A stretch of DNA of 64,000 nt from Candidatus Nomurabacteria bacterium. GTDB lineage: Bacteria; Patescibacteriota; Minisyncoccia; Phycocordibacterales; SBAW01. The stretch is taken from assembly GCA_943356495.1 (NCBI GenBank), contig CALRFF010000001.1, positions 193,012 through 257,011 of the forward strand, in the 5' to 3' direction. Position 1 is the stretch's first letter. Each line of letters starts with the position of its first letter. Below the pieces are notes generated by a model, which ran no database searches, was not told where the DNA came from, and saw nothing but the letters and a program-made list of their open reading frames with translations. Both the position numbers and the translations under genes were made by a program. Positions 36,631-46,043 of this stretch are shown one piece after another.

Positions 36631-37752
36631 ATGCTTGATACTGTCGTACTCAATATCCCGAAGGAGCAGATACGCGAGGTTGCCGATGGTACGGCGCAGC
36701 GTTGGGACTTGCAGAGCAAAACCAGCAACTACCGTAAGCTCACAAAGAACCCACCTCGCGGCATACGCAACGATGTATACCGGCCACGGCTTACCGGCAT
36801 GGAGCGCAGTGTGGGCCACGGGCAGAAGGTATCGTTCGTCAGGGTTGAGTTCTCTGTCCCGAAGCTCCTGTTTGGCAACAACCTTGAGGAGCTGGCCGAC
36901 AAGGACTTTGAGCCGGTCGTGGAGTTGTTGTACCAGCGCCTGCTCGACTATGGCCTTATCGTCAACAAACGCGATATAAAAAACGCCGCCGTTACGACCT
37001 TCCACCCCTCTAAAAACATAGTGCTGTCGGGCGGCTGGACTGCCTCTGGTATCTCGCAAGAGCTATCAAAAATCAACCTCAATAAAAAGTTTGACCTGCA
37101 GAAAACGAGCTTCCGCAACAATGGCTGTAGCTTACAAGCGCACACGCTGGCTCACTCAGTTGTGGTATACGACAAAGTCGCAGATCTGGCACAGTCAAAA
37201 AAGAAAGCCATCGATAAAGACCAAGTACCTCGGCAGATGGCACTCTTTCAGAAGCTAAAGACGGACCAGCCATTGCTTGAGATACTGCGGCTCGAGATAC
37301 GCCTCACACAGAAGCAAAAAATCAATGCCGTACTCAAAGAGCTTGGCTTGCCTATCAACCCTACCTTTGAGCAGATATTCAAAAAAGATGTATGCCAAAA
37401 AATCGTACAGTCGTATTGGGACACAATCATCGAGGGCGAGAACTTGTTTCTGTTTAGCATCGAGAGTAGCCCTAAGAACCTGCTCAAGCGTGTCCTGCGG
37501 CAGCACCCCAAGATGCAGGCCAAGAACGCTGTCTATTTGGTTGGGCTTAACGCGCTGTGTAATGACGAGGGCGGCATACGGGAGCTTCGGGCTATATTGA
37601 CGAAACGGCAGTCACCACGAGGCTGGTATCGCATCACGGACGGCATCAGCCTGCTCAACGAGGGGCGCTCCGACCGGCACTTGCACGGCTGGGTCCGGCA
37701 GATCCGTGACGCGATTAAGAATTTTACGTCATATAGGATACGTGGGCCGTAG
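36631..37752 (+). CDS. Putative rolling-circle replication initiator (Rep_trans-like)
   Basis: VVYDK motif resembling the conserved R(I/V)YDK block of Rep_trans proteins, and an alternating basic/acidic region (LRLEIRL). Inverted-repeat-rich region upstream. Confidence 0.35.
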   Translation: MLDTVVLNIPKEQIREVADGTAQRWDLQSKTSNYRKLTKNPPRGIRNDVYRPRLTGMERSVGHGQKVSFVRVEFSVPKLLFGNNLEELADKDFEPVVELLYQRLLDYGLIVNKRDIKNAAVTTFHPSKNIVLSGGWTASGISQELSKINLNKKFDLQKTSFRNNGCSLQAHTLAHSVVVYDKVADLAQSKKKAIDKDQVPRQMALFQKLKTDQPLLEILRLEIRLTQKQKINAVLKELGLPINPTFEQIFKKDVCQKIVQSYWDTIIEGENLFLFSIESSPKNLLKRVLRQHPKMQAKNAVYLVGLNALCNDEGGIRELRAILTKRQSPRGWYRITDGISLLNEGRSDRHLHGWVRQIRDAIKNFTSYRIRGP

Positions 37753-37789
37753 GCGAAGCCGGGCAGATTTAAGAGCTAAAAAAATAACT

Positions 37790-37921
37790 ATGAAAACAAG
37801 TGAACAAAAGTTTGTGGAGCAGATACAGAAAGGGATTTCGCAGTACTATAGGCAGATGCTCTCGCGCCGTATCAAGCGCGGCATAGCGGCAAAAAGGGCT
37901 AAAAAGCTGCCCACAGCCTAA
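37790..37921 (+). CDS. Small basic hypothetical protein (43 aa)
   Basis: Short ORF between the Rep-like and Xis-like genes. Weak ribosome-binding site. Confidence 0.25.
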   Translation: MKTSEQKFVEQIQKGISQYYRQMLSRRIKRGIAAKRAKKLPTA

Positions 37922-37961
37922 AGTTGCTATGTAAACCATTGTAAAGTAATATAAAAACTAT

Positions 37962-38141
37962 ATGCCACAGGCAAAAGAATTCTACCGGGCTGAGGACTTG
38001 GCCAAAAAGCTCGACATAAACATCATGACCATCTACCGCTACATCAAGGCGGGCAAACTCAAGGCGCACAAAATAGGCAAGGAGTTCCGTATTGACCAGG
38101 CAGAGTTTACCCGCTTCCTCAAATCGACCCGCACGAAATAA
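37962..38141 (+). CDS. Excisionase/MerR-like HTH DNA-binding protein (Xis family)
   Basis: 59 aa, below the ORF-track cutoff. HTH_17 pattern (LAKKLDINIMTIYRYIKAGKLKAHKIGKEFRI). Confidence 0.55.
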   Translation: MPQAKEFYRAEDLAKKLDINIMTIYRYIKAGKLKAHKIGKEFRIDQAEFTRFLKSTRTK

Positions 38142-38143
38142 AT

Positions 38144-39124
38144 ATGGCTCAAAAAATATTAAACAAAAACCTAAATAAGGCGAGCAAAGAAAAGAAAGAC
38201 GAGTTTTATACTCAGATTATCGATATTGAGAAAGAACTGAAGCATTACAGAGATCAGTTTCGGGGCAAGGTGGTTTTCTGCAACTGCGACGACCCGAAAG
38301 AAAGCAACTTCGTAAAATATTTCAGCAGGAGTTTTGAGCACTTGAGGTTAAAGAAATTGATCGCAACACACTATAAAGACGCAAACCTATTTACTGACGA
38401 GTCGCCATACAAACTGGAATACACAGGCGATAAAAATGGTAATCGTATGCCTGACCCAAGTGAGTTTATGACCGAGATGATTGGTACTGGCGATTTTCGT
38501 AGTGAGGAATGTGTAGAGCTGCTAAAAGAGGCAGATATTGTCATAACGAACCCGCCGTTTTCGCTCTTTCGTGAGTATGTTGCGCAGCTGATGGAACACA
38601 ACAAGAAATTTCTAATTCTTGGTAATCAAAATGCCATAATCTACAAAGAAATTTTTAAGTTTGTAAAAGAAAATAATATGTGGCTTGGGTATGACAATGG
38701 TGGCACAAAATGGTTTCAAGTTCCTACAGACTACGACATACCGACTGAGTCCAGAATAAAAGTTGAAAACGGCATTAAGTTTTTCAGCATGGGGAGCATA
38801 ATGTGGTTTACAAACCTCGACACCACAAAGCGGCACGAGGAACTGATTTTGTATAAGAAATATACACCAGAAGAATATCCAAAATATGACAATTATGATG
38901 CGATTGAAGTATCAAAATTTCTTGATATTCCCATGGACTATGCTGGGGTAATGGGCGTACCGATTACTTTTCTCGACAGATATAATCCTGAACAATTTGA
39001 AATTGTAGGATCAAACCGGGGTGTGGACCAAGACCCGAATGGAGTCTACGGGCGAGGCTCGTTCTTAAATGGTAAGGAAACCTTCAAACGTTTGTTTATA
39101 AAAAATAAGAAGGTAAAAAAATAA
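38144..39124 (+). CDS. N6-adenine DNA methyltransferase, EcoRI-methylase-like family
   Basis: NPPF catalytic motif (ITNPPFSL) and upstream FCNCDDP AdoMet region. 326 aa, the same length class as M.EcoRI. Confidence 0.75.
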   Translation: MAQKILNKNLNKASKEKKDEFYTQIIDIEKELKHYRDQFRGKVVFCNCDDPKESNFVKYFSRSFEHLRLKKLIATHYKDANLFTDESPYKLEYTGDKNGNRMPDPSEFMTEMIGTGDFRSEECVELLKEADIVITNPPFSLFREYVAQLMEHNKKFLILGNQNAIIYKEIFKFVKENNMWLGYDNGGTKWFQVPTDYDIPTESRIKVENGIKFFSMGSIMWFTNLDTTKRHEELILYKKYTPEEYPKYDNYDAIEVSKFLDIPMDYAGVMGVPITFLDRYNPEQFEIVGSNRGVDQDPNGVYGRGSFLNGKETFKRLFIKNKKVKK

Positions 39125-39125
39125 T

Positions 39126-40217
39126 ATGAAAATTGATCTACATAAAATTCCTGTACGCAAAGTAGTCCTTGGATACAAAGACAGTGCTGAAGAAGGCGTG
39201 GTGGCTTATGGCGGCAAGCTTGATATTCGCCCAAAGTATCAGCGAGAGTTTGTTTACAAAGGCCATCAGCGTGATGCCGTCATTGAGACAGTTAAAAATG
39301 ACTTTCCTCTCAACGTAATGTACTGGGTAAAAAAAGATGATGGTAATTACGAGGTTTTGGACGGACAACAGCGAACTATTAGCATCGGGCAGTATGTAAA
39401 TGGAGACTTTTCACTTAATGATCGGTTTTTCCATAACTTGACCGACGAGGAACAAAAACAGATTTTAGATTATGAACTCATGATCTATTTCTGCGAAGGC
39501 ACAGATAAAGAGCGGCTGGACTGGTTTAGGATTATTAATATTGCAGGAGAAAAACTCACCGAACAAGAGCTTCGCAACGCGGTATATACCGGCCCGTGGC
39601 TTTCTGATGCAAAACTTAAATTCAGCAAAACAAATTGCGCGTCGTATCTTTTAGCAAATGATGGCGGCCAATTAGTGAGCGGCTCGCCAATTCGACAGGA
39701 GTATCTTGAGACCACACTTTCGTGGATTAACGACGCCAAGATTGAAGATTATATGGCTAAGCATCAGCATGACAAAAATGCTGAGAAGTTGTGGCAATAC
39801 TTTCGTGATGTCATCGCGTGGGTACGAAAGACATTTACGAATTACCGTAAAGAAATGGCGCACGTAAATTGGGGTGAACTATACAACCAATTTAAGGAGA
39901 AAAAACTGAGCCCTATAAAACTGGAGGCCGAGATTAAAAAGTTAATGCAGGACGAGGATGTTACAAAAAAATCTGGTGTTTATCCGTATGTTTTGACGAG
40001 ACAAGAGAAGTATCTATCTATCCGTACTTTTACTGACAAAATGAAGCGCGAAGCGTATGAGAGACAAAATGGTGTTTGCCCTTTCTGTAAGAAAAGATAC
40101 GACATTTCTGAAATGGAAGCAGATCATATTACACCTTGGCACGAAGGGGGCAAAACAATAGCTAAAAATTGTCAGATGCTCTGCAAACAAGATAACCGGA
40201 CAAAGTCGGGAAAATAG
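39126..40217 (+). CDS. DUF262 (ParB-like nuclease/NTPase) plus C-terminal HNH endonuclease fusion protein
   Basis: N-terminal DGQQR motif of DUF262. C-terminal HNH motif (CPFC...ADHITPWHEGG...NCQMLC). Confidence 0.8.
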   Translation: MKIDLHKIPVRKVVLGYKDSAEEGVVAYGGKLDIRPKYQREFVYKGHQRDAVIETVKNDFPLNVMYWVKKDDGNYEVLDGQQRTISIGQYVNGDFSLNDRFFHNLTDEEQKQILDYELMIYFCEGTDKERLDWFRIINIAGEKLTEQELRNAVYTGPWLSDAKLKFSKTNCASYLLANDGGQLVSGSPIRQEYLETTLSWINDAKIEDYMAKHQHDKNAEKLWQYFRDVIAWVRKTFTNYRKEMAHVNWGELYNQFKEKKLSPIKLEAEIKKLMQDEDVTKKSGVYPYVLTRQEKYLSIRTFTDKMKREAYERQNGVCPFCKKRYDISEMEADHITPWHEGGKTIAKNCQMLCKQDNRTKSGK

Positions 40218-40222
40218 CCCAC

Positions 40223-41749
40223 ATGAAAGCCATCATCCTTGCCAGAGTTTCGACCGAAGAGCAGCGGGACGCGGGTAATTCGCTCCCTGCTCAGATCGAG
40301 CGCTTGCAGGACTACTGCAGACGGAAGGGGCTGGATGTAATAGAAAAGTTTAGCTTCGACGAGAGCGCCTACAAAACAAAGCGCGATGAGTTTGACGATA
40401 TTCTCAAAAGCATCGAGCAAAACAAAGACAAGGTAGCGGTATGCTTCGATAAGGTAGACCGCTTTTCGCGCAATGTGTTTGATAAACGTGTTGCAATGCT
40501 CTATGACCTCGCGATGGCAGACAAGATCGAGTTGCATTTCGCCTCAGATAACCTCGTCATCACCTCAAGCATATCTGCCGTTGAGAAGTTCCACTTTGGA
40601 ATCAACCTTGGGCTTGCAAAGTACTACTCGGACGCAATCAGTGACAACACACGCCGGGCCTTTGAAAATAAGCGGCGCAATGGCGAATGGACCGGCAAAG
40701 CGCCTATCGGATACAAAAACATTCAGGATGACAAAGGAAATAAGGACATCGTACTTGATGAGGAAAGGGCGCATCTCGTGCGCCGTATCTTTGAGCTGTA
40801 CGCGACCGGCAACTACTCCATCAAGAAAGTGCGGGACCAGATTACAAAAGACGGCCTCTTGAGCACTCAGGAAGGAAAGCCGCTCGCATTAAGCATGATC
40901 GAGTACATCCTTAAAAACCCCTTCTACCATGGTATGGCTCGATCTACACGCGAGACATACGAACACAAGTACTTGCCGCTCATCACAAAGCAACTTTTTG
41001 ACCAATGCCAGCAGGTTCTACAGAGCTGGGGCAAAAAGCAGTTTCAATACGCGGCCAAGCCGTACATCTTCCGCGGCTTGTTGCGCTGCGCTCGCTGTGG
41101 CTGCTCTATGAGCCCTGAAACGGCAAAGGGTAAGTATGTCTACTACGCCTGTTCTAACGGCAAAAAGGATATATGCGACACGAAGGTCTATGTGGCTGAG
41201 AAGGACCTCCTAAAGCCCATATACGCCATCCTGGGCGCTTTGGACAAGCTCCCGCAAGAGAAGATAGACGAGGTAGTCGAGGGGCTTAAAAAGTCGCACG
41301 AGTCAAAACAGGCGTACCACGGCAATGCTCTTACTGGGTTACGCAAAGAGTACGACATGCTCCAACAAAGGTTGGACAAAATGTACCTGGACCATCTCGA
41401 CGGGCGTATTACTCAGGATGCGTATGACAAATATCTGCAACAGTTTAAAGGACGACAGCAGAACATCAACCTACTCCTTAGCGAGCATACTGATGCAGAC
41501 GAGAGCTATATAATCGCGGCTACTACAGTGTTAAATCTGGCTAAGAGGGCTTTGAGCTTGTTTGAAAGTTCCGAAGTCTTGGAAAAGCGGGCGCTTTTGA
41601 ACTTTTTACTTCAGAACTCAACCGTGGACGGCAAAAAGCCTTGCTACGCCTTGCGTTCTCCTTTTGACGCTATACTCGCTTTCGCTAAACGACCAACTGG
41701 GCTGCCAGACTTGGATTCGAACCAAGATACACTGCTCCAGAGGCAGTAG
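40223..41749 (+). CDS. Large serine recombinase (integrase)
   Basis: N-terminal resolvase catalytic domain (ILARVSTEEQ...SLPAQ), recombinase and zinc-ribbon (CxxC...CxxC) domains. 3' end runs into tRNA-Gln. Confidence 0.85.
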   Translation: MKAIILARVSTEEQRDAGNSLPAQIERLQDYCRRKGLDVIEKFSFDESAYKTKRDEFDDILKSIEQNKDKVAVCFDKVDRFSRNVFDKRVAMLYDLAMADKIELHFASDNLVITSSISAVEKFHFGINLGLAKYYSDAISDNTRRAFENKRRNGEWTGKAPIGYKNIQDDKGNKDIVLDEERAHLVRRIFELYATGNYSIKKVRDQITKDGLLSTQEGKPLALSMIEYILKNPFYHGMARSTRETYEHKYLPLITKQLFDQCQQVLQSWGKKQFQYAAKPYIFRGLLRCARCGCSMSPETAKGKYVYYACSNGKKDICDTKVYVAEKDLLKPIYAILGALDKLPQEKIDEVVEGLKKSHESKQAYHGNALTGLRKEYDMLQQRLDKMYLDHLDGRITQDAYDKYLQQFKGRQQNINLLLSEHTDADESYIIAATTVLNLAKRALSLFESSEVLEKRALLNFLLQNSTVDGKKPCYALRSPFDAILAFAKRPTGLPDLDSNQDTLLQRQ

Positions 41750-41772
41750 TCCTACCATTAGACGATCTGGCA
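41702..41772 (-). tRNA. tRNA-Gln (anticodon CTG)
   Basis: Manually folded cloverleaf with 7-bp acceptor stem (U1-A72), anticodon loop CTCTGGA, T-loop TTCGAAT and discriminator G. Confidence 0.8.
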
Positions 41773-41795
41773 ATACACAGGAACGATATCAAACA

Positions 41796-42713
41796 TTACT
41801 CGACAGGACAAACCCTCCGGTCGCGCGAAAGTGCTGTGGGGATTTCGCGAACGCCGACCACCCCCGCGGGCGAAAACTCAAGCTCCACCAATAGTCCGCG
41901 CATGACCTCGGCCGAAAAGTATTGATCAAAGATAAAATTACCGAGCGAGTAGTACACCGGCACCCCTTTGTAAGCCTCGTTATTTTGTACTACATGCGGA
42001 TGCGAGCCGATAACCGCTATTGCACCCGCATCGACAAACTGGTGCGCAAGCACCACGACCCGTGGGAGTGCGGTGGTTTCGTACTCAATGCCCCAGTGGG
42101 CAAACACAACGGGCATCCTCCCTTTACTTTTTGCAGCTGCAATCTGCGCAAGCGTAGTCGAAGCCTCGCCCCCAAACTCGTTGTACCCGATAAACGACAA
42201 TCGTATGCCGCGCACATCCAACTCCGCCACGGTGGGGACCCCGGGCTCCCCAAAATATTTCACTCCGGCACCGTCAAGCCAGTATTTTGTCGACTCAACG
42301 CCGGCGGTGCCGAAGTTTTCGATATGATTGTTGCCCATACTTACGACATCAATGCGATGCTTTTTAAGCAACGTGGCGGTCGACGTAGGGAAAGTAAAGG
42401 TTGTGTTGTAGCGGCTCCCCGGCGCAGAACCAACGCTCAGAGACTTACTTTCGGTAATCGGCCCTTCAAGATTGGCGACGACAAGGTCGTAGCCTTGCAA
42501 TGTCGAGTCGATGCACTCAAACAAATAATCGCCGCCGTACTGCTCGGCATGCTCACGCAAAGAACGGTCAAACAGCATGTCGCCGGCAAAGAGCACGGTT
42601 GCCCGCGGCTCCAGCCGGAAATACTGCACAAACGCCTCGCGCGACGGCATAAAGGCAAAAGCTGCCACCATTACGGCGACTGCTGCCCCGAGGGCTATGA
42701 GCGCGCGGCGCAT
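41796..42713 (-). CDS. capA: CapA/PgsA-family metallophosphatase
   Basis: VVSMGNNH and VIGSHPHV metallophosphatase motifs. N-terminal TM anchor. Confidence 0.75.
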   Translation of the reverse strand: MRRALIALGAAVAVMVAAFAFMPSREAFVQYFRLEPRATVLFAGDMLFDRSLREHAEQYGGDYLFECIDSTLQGYDLVVANLEGPITESKSLSVGSAPGSRYNTTFTFPTSTATLLKKHRIDVVSMGNNHIENFGTAGVESTKYWLDGAGVKYFGEPGVPTVAELDVRGIRLSFIGYNEFGGEASTTLAQIAAAKSKGRMPVVFAHWGIEYETTALPRVVVLAHQFVDAGAIAVIGSHPHVVQNNEAYKGVPVYYSLGNFIFDQYFSAEVMRGLLVELEFSPAGVVGVREIPTALSRDRRVCPVE

Positions 42714-44332
42714 GCCTTAACAAATGCTACAAACAACGGATGCGGTGAAAGGGGGCGGCTGAGAAACTCCGGGTGAAATTGCGTGCCTAAAAAGAACGGG
42801 TGCTCTGTTGCAGGGAGCTCGGCTATCTCCATGAGCGTATGGTCGGGCGACGTACCGCTAAATACCAACCCTGCGTCCTCTATTTTTTTAATATACTCGG
42901 GGTTGACTTCGTAGCGATGGCGGTGGCGCTCGGCAATTTCTTTTTTACCATACGCGGCTTGCGCAACTGTCCCCTCTTTGAGTGCACACGGGTAGGTGCC
43001 GAGGCGCATCGTGCCGCCGTAGTCTGCCTTGAGCATCTTGTCTTTTTGGTCGGGCATGATGTCGATGACCGGATGTGCCGCGTCTTTGTTAATCTCGGCG
43101 GTGGTGGCACCCGCGAGCCCCGCTTTGTTGCGCGCATACTCGATAACGAGGAGTTGCATGCCGTAGCAAAGCCCGAAGTACGGCACTTTGTTTTCGCGCG
43201 CAAAGTTAATGGCGGCAATAATCCCCTCTACCCCGCGGGAGCCAAAGCCTCCCGGCACCAACACGCCGTCAAAGTTTTTAAGTTCTGAAAGTTTACTCGC
43301 ATCGGTTTCGTACACCTCGGAGTCGAGGTAAGAAATTTTAAGTTTGGCGTCTTGCGCATAGGCCGCGTGTTTAAGCGACTCCAAGACCGAAATGTAGGAG
43401 TCGGCCAATACAAAAGCCCCAGTCTCGAAATATTTCCCTACGACCGCAATCTTCAATTCTTTCGTGCCGTTTTTGCTTTTTTGCACAAAGGCCTCCCACT
43501 CGCTAAGGTCGGTCGGGCGCTTGGGCAAGCCGAGCACATCACACAACGTGTCGCCAAGCCCGTCCTTTTCGTAATTAAGCGGCACGTCGTAAATGCTGCT
43601 GACGTCCGGCGCCGAGATAACCCGCTCGGGCGATACGTTGCAAAAGAGCGCTATCTTTTCTTTGCGCTTGTCGTCGAGCGGCACTTGAGCACGCGCCAAA
43701 ATAATGTCGGCCTGCAACCCGACCGAGTTAAGTTCGCGGCTGGCGTGCTGGGTAGGTTTGGTCTTCATCTCGCCGATGTTGCCCGGTATCGGCAGGTAGG
43801 AAAGCATGACGATAGCGACGTCTTTAGGAAATTTGTGCTTAAGCATGCGCGCCGCCTCGAGAAACAAAATGTTTTCGTACTCGCCGATGGTGCCGCCGAC
43901 CTCGATGAGCGTTATCTCCGCACCGGCTACTCTTTGCGCCTCCTGTATGCGACGGATAACCTCAAGCGGTACATCGGGCACCACCTGCACGTTGCGGCCC
44001 TTGTACTCTAAGTTGCGCTCGCGGCGTATGACCTCTTGATACACGCGGCCGGTCGTCATGTAGTTGATGCTCGGCAAGGTCTCCCCCAAAAAGCGCTCGT
44101 AGTTGCCCATGTCTTGGTCGGTTTCGTAGCCGTCTTCAAGTACAAAGACTTCGCCGTGCTCGGTCGGGTTCATGGTGCCGGCGTCGACGTTGATATACGG
44201 GTCGATTTTTATCGCCGTTACTTTGAACCCTTTGGATTTTAAAATCCGCCCGATGGCGGATGAGGCGACCCCTTTGCCGATGCCCGACATGACTCCGCCC
44301 ACGACAAAAATATATTTCGGGTCCGCGGCCAT
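42695..44332 (-). CDS. pyrG: CTP synthase
   Basis: N-terminal synthetase domain (FVVGGVMSGIGKG) and C-terminal glutamine amidotransferase (GICYGMQ-like, HPEF). Confidence 0.9.
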   Translation of the reverse strand: MAADPKYIFVVGGVMSGIGKGVASSAIGRILKSKGFKVTAIKIDPYINVDAGTMNPTEHGEVFVLEDGYETDQDMGNYERFLGETLPSINYMTTGRVYQEVIRRERNLEYKGRNVQVVPDVPLEVIRRIQEAQRVAGAEITLIEVGGTIGEYENILFLEAARMLKHKFPKDVAIVMLSYLPIPGNIGEMKTKPTQHASRELNSVGLQADIILARAQVPLDDKRKEKIALFCNVSPERVISAPDVSSIYDVPLNYEKDGLGDTLCDVLGLPKRPTDLSEWEAFVQKSKNGTKELKIAVVGKYFETGAFVLADSYISVLESLKHAAYAQDAKLKISYLDSEVYETDASKLSELKNFDGVLVPGGFGSRGVEGIIAAINFARENKVPYFGLCYGMQLLVIEYARNKAGLAGATTAEINKDAAHPVIDIMPDQKDKMLKADYGGTMRLGTYPCALKEGTVAQAAYGKKEIAERHRHRYEVNPEYIKKIEDAGLVFSGTSPDHTLMEIAELPATEHPFFLGTQFHPEFLSRPLSPHPLFVAFVKACAARS

Positions 44333-44342
44333 TACTTGTTAT

Positions 44343-45269
44343 TTATATCTTGAGATACCGCCGTACCGCAAGGAAGGATGCTACCCCGCCCAGCAGCACT
44401 CCCGTGCCCACAATAACCAAGAAAAAGAAGGGAAAATGGCTTAGATAATAGCTAAATACATTAACCCCGCCGAAAAATTGCGCGGTAGCATTGCCCACCC
44501 ACCAGGTAAGCGGATAAAACAGGAGGAGCGTAATAACCCCTGCGACCAGCCCGTAGAGTACACCCTCGATGATAAACGGCGCGCGGATAAAAAATGCCGA
44601 GGCGCCCACAAGGCGCTGCACCTGTATTTCCTCGCGGCTGCTGTATATAGCAAGCCGCAGCGTGTTAAGGGCGATGGCAATGGTCGTAAGGATAAAGACA
44701 ATAAGCGCCACCAAGCCTATTTTTTGCGCCGAGGCCGTGACGTTTTGGAGGTTTACCAGCGCGTCGTGGTACTTTTGGTCGTAAAAGTTAATCTTGTCGA
44801 CCACCGATGCCGCGGCGCCCGAGTCGACCTGTGTTTTAAGAAAGCCTGCAATAGAGTCGTAGGCGGAAATATCTTTAGCGGTGATGGTGAGTTTTGCGCC
44901 GAAGGGGTTGCCCACCTCGCCGAGCGATTGGATGGTCAGCTGGTCGTCGGCAAACCGGTCTTTAAACGCCACCAGCACATCCTCGCGGTTTTGATACGTG
45001 ACCGACTGCACTTCGGGCAAGGCCTCAATAGAGGCCTTAAGGTTAAGTACCGACTCTTCAGAGGCGGTGGTCTGCATGGTGACGCTCATGTTGGCTTTGT
45101 CCTGCAGCTGGGTAACCGTGGTGTTAACTATGACACTGGCAAACATCGCCACGCCGATGATAAAAAGCGTAAAGACCAGCATGAGTATCGACGCCACCGA
45201 CACAAAGCCGTTGCGCCAAAAGTCGAGCAGGCCGGCGCGGAATATGCGTTTAACCGTAAGCAGGTTCAT
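44343..45269 (-). CDS. ftsX: Cell division permease FtsX
   Basis: FtsX topology: TM, periplasmic domain, three TM helices. Downstream of ftsE. Confidence 0.8.
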   Translation of the reverse strand: MNLLTVKRIFRAGLLDFWRNGFVSVASILMLVFTLFIIGVAMFASVIVNTTVTQLQDKANMSVTMQTTASEESVLNLKASIEALPEVQSVTYQNREDVLVAFKDRFADDQLTIQSLGEVGNPFGAKLTITAKDISAYDSIAGFLKTQVDSGAAASVVDKINFYDQKYHDALVNLQNVTASAQKIGLVALIVFILTTIAIALNTLRLAIYSSREEIQVQRLVGASAFFIRAPFIIEGVLYGLVAGVITLLLFYPLTWWVGNATAQFFGGVNVFSYYLSHFPFFFLVIVGTGVLLGGVASFLAVRRYLKI

Positions 45270-45350
45270 GATCTAGTGTAGTGAGGAATAAAAATTCATT
45301 TTTATTACGAACGGAACGACGGGCATATGAGACGAAGTGCTCATATATAG

Positions 45351-46037
45351 TTACAGTATATACTTCCCTTCTTTGTCGTCGCGGACCAGCTTGCCGCGGT
45401 CCATCGTTATGACGCGCTTTTTGAGCCCGTCAATAACGCCCTTGTTGTGGGTCGTTAGGATAATGGTGGTCCCGAGGTCATTGATCTTTTTTAAAATCTG
45501 TACGATTTCGAACGTGTTGACCGGGTCGAGGTTGCCGGTCGGCTCGTCGGCGACGATAACGTCCGGTTGATTGACAATGGCGCGCGCAATGGCGACACGC
45601 TGCTGCTCGCCGCCGGAAAGTTCGCCCGGGAAGTTATTGAGCTTGTCGGAGAGGTCTACCAGCTCGAGCACGTGCGGCACGTCGGAGCGGATTTCCTCTT
45701 CCCCGCGGCCGGCGGCCTCCATGGCAAAGGCCACATTTTCGTACGCGGTTTTATTGGGGAGCAAACGGAAGTCCTGAAACACGGTGCCTATTTTGCGGCG
45801 CAGCGCGTTCATTTTGCTTAGGGGCAGTTCGTGCACGTTGATAGACTCAAAAAAGACCGAGCCGCTACTCGGCTTTTCTTCGGCGAGCAGCATCTTTACC
45901 AGCGTCGTTTTGCCCGCGCCGGAGTGCCCGACGATAGAGACAAACTCCCCCGGCTCAATGCTGAAGCTGACGTCCTCGAGTGCAGTAGAGTTATCGGCGT
46001 ATATTTTGGATACGCGGTCGTAATAGATCATTGGCAA
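45351..46037 (-). CDS. ftsE: Cell division ATP-binding protein FtsE
   Basis: Walker A (GHSGAGKTT), LSGGEQQRVAIARA, Walker B. Confidence 0.85.
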   Translation of the reverse strand: MPMIYYDRVSKIYADNSTALEDVSFSIEPGEFVSIVGHSGAGKTTLVKMLLAEEKPSSGSVFFESINVHELPLSKMNALRRKIGTVFQDFRLLPNKTAYENVAFAMEAAGRGEEEIRSDVPHVLELVDLSDKLNNFPGELSGGEQQRVAIARAIVNQPDVIVADEPTGNLDPVNTFEIVQILKKINDLGTTIILTTHNKGVIDGLKKRVITMDRGKLVRDDKEGKYIL

Positions 46038-46043
46038 CGCTCC

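Larger units (their letters stand above)
35100..41772. mobile_element. Integrative element at tRNA-Gln (unknown protein, Rep_trans-like protein, Xis-like HTH, methyltransferase, DUF262-HNH nuclease, large serine recombinase)
   Basis: GC falls to about 33-40% inside a roughly 60% GC genome. Recombinase, excisionase-like and Rep-like genes are present. The recombinase 3' end overlaps tRNA-Gln. Left boundary not defined. Confidence 0.5.

Noticed and set aside
44478-45281. 267-aa plus-strand ORF antisense to ftsX. Similar long antisense ORFs at 61447-62244, 59672-60355, 51599-52303 and 25279-26276.
   Set aside because: Each overlaps a well-supported minus-strand gene (ftsX, pilB, pilT, ligA, HlyD adaptor) in an antisense frame. 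High-GC genomes produce long spurious open frames of this kind.
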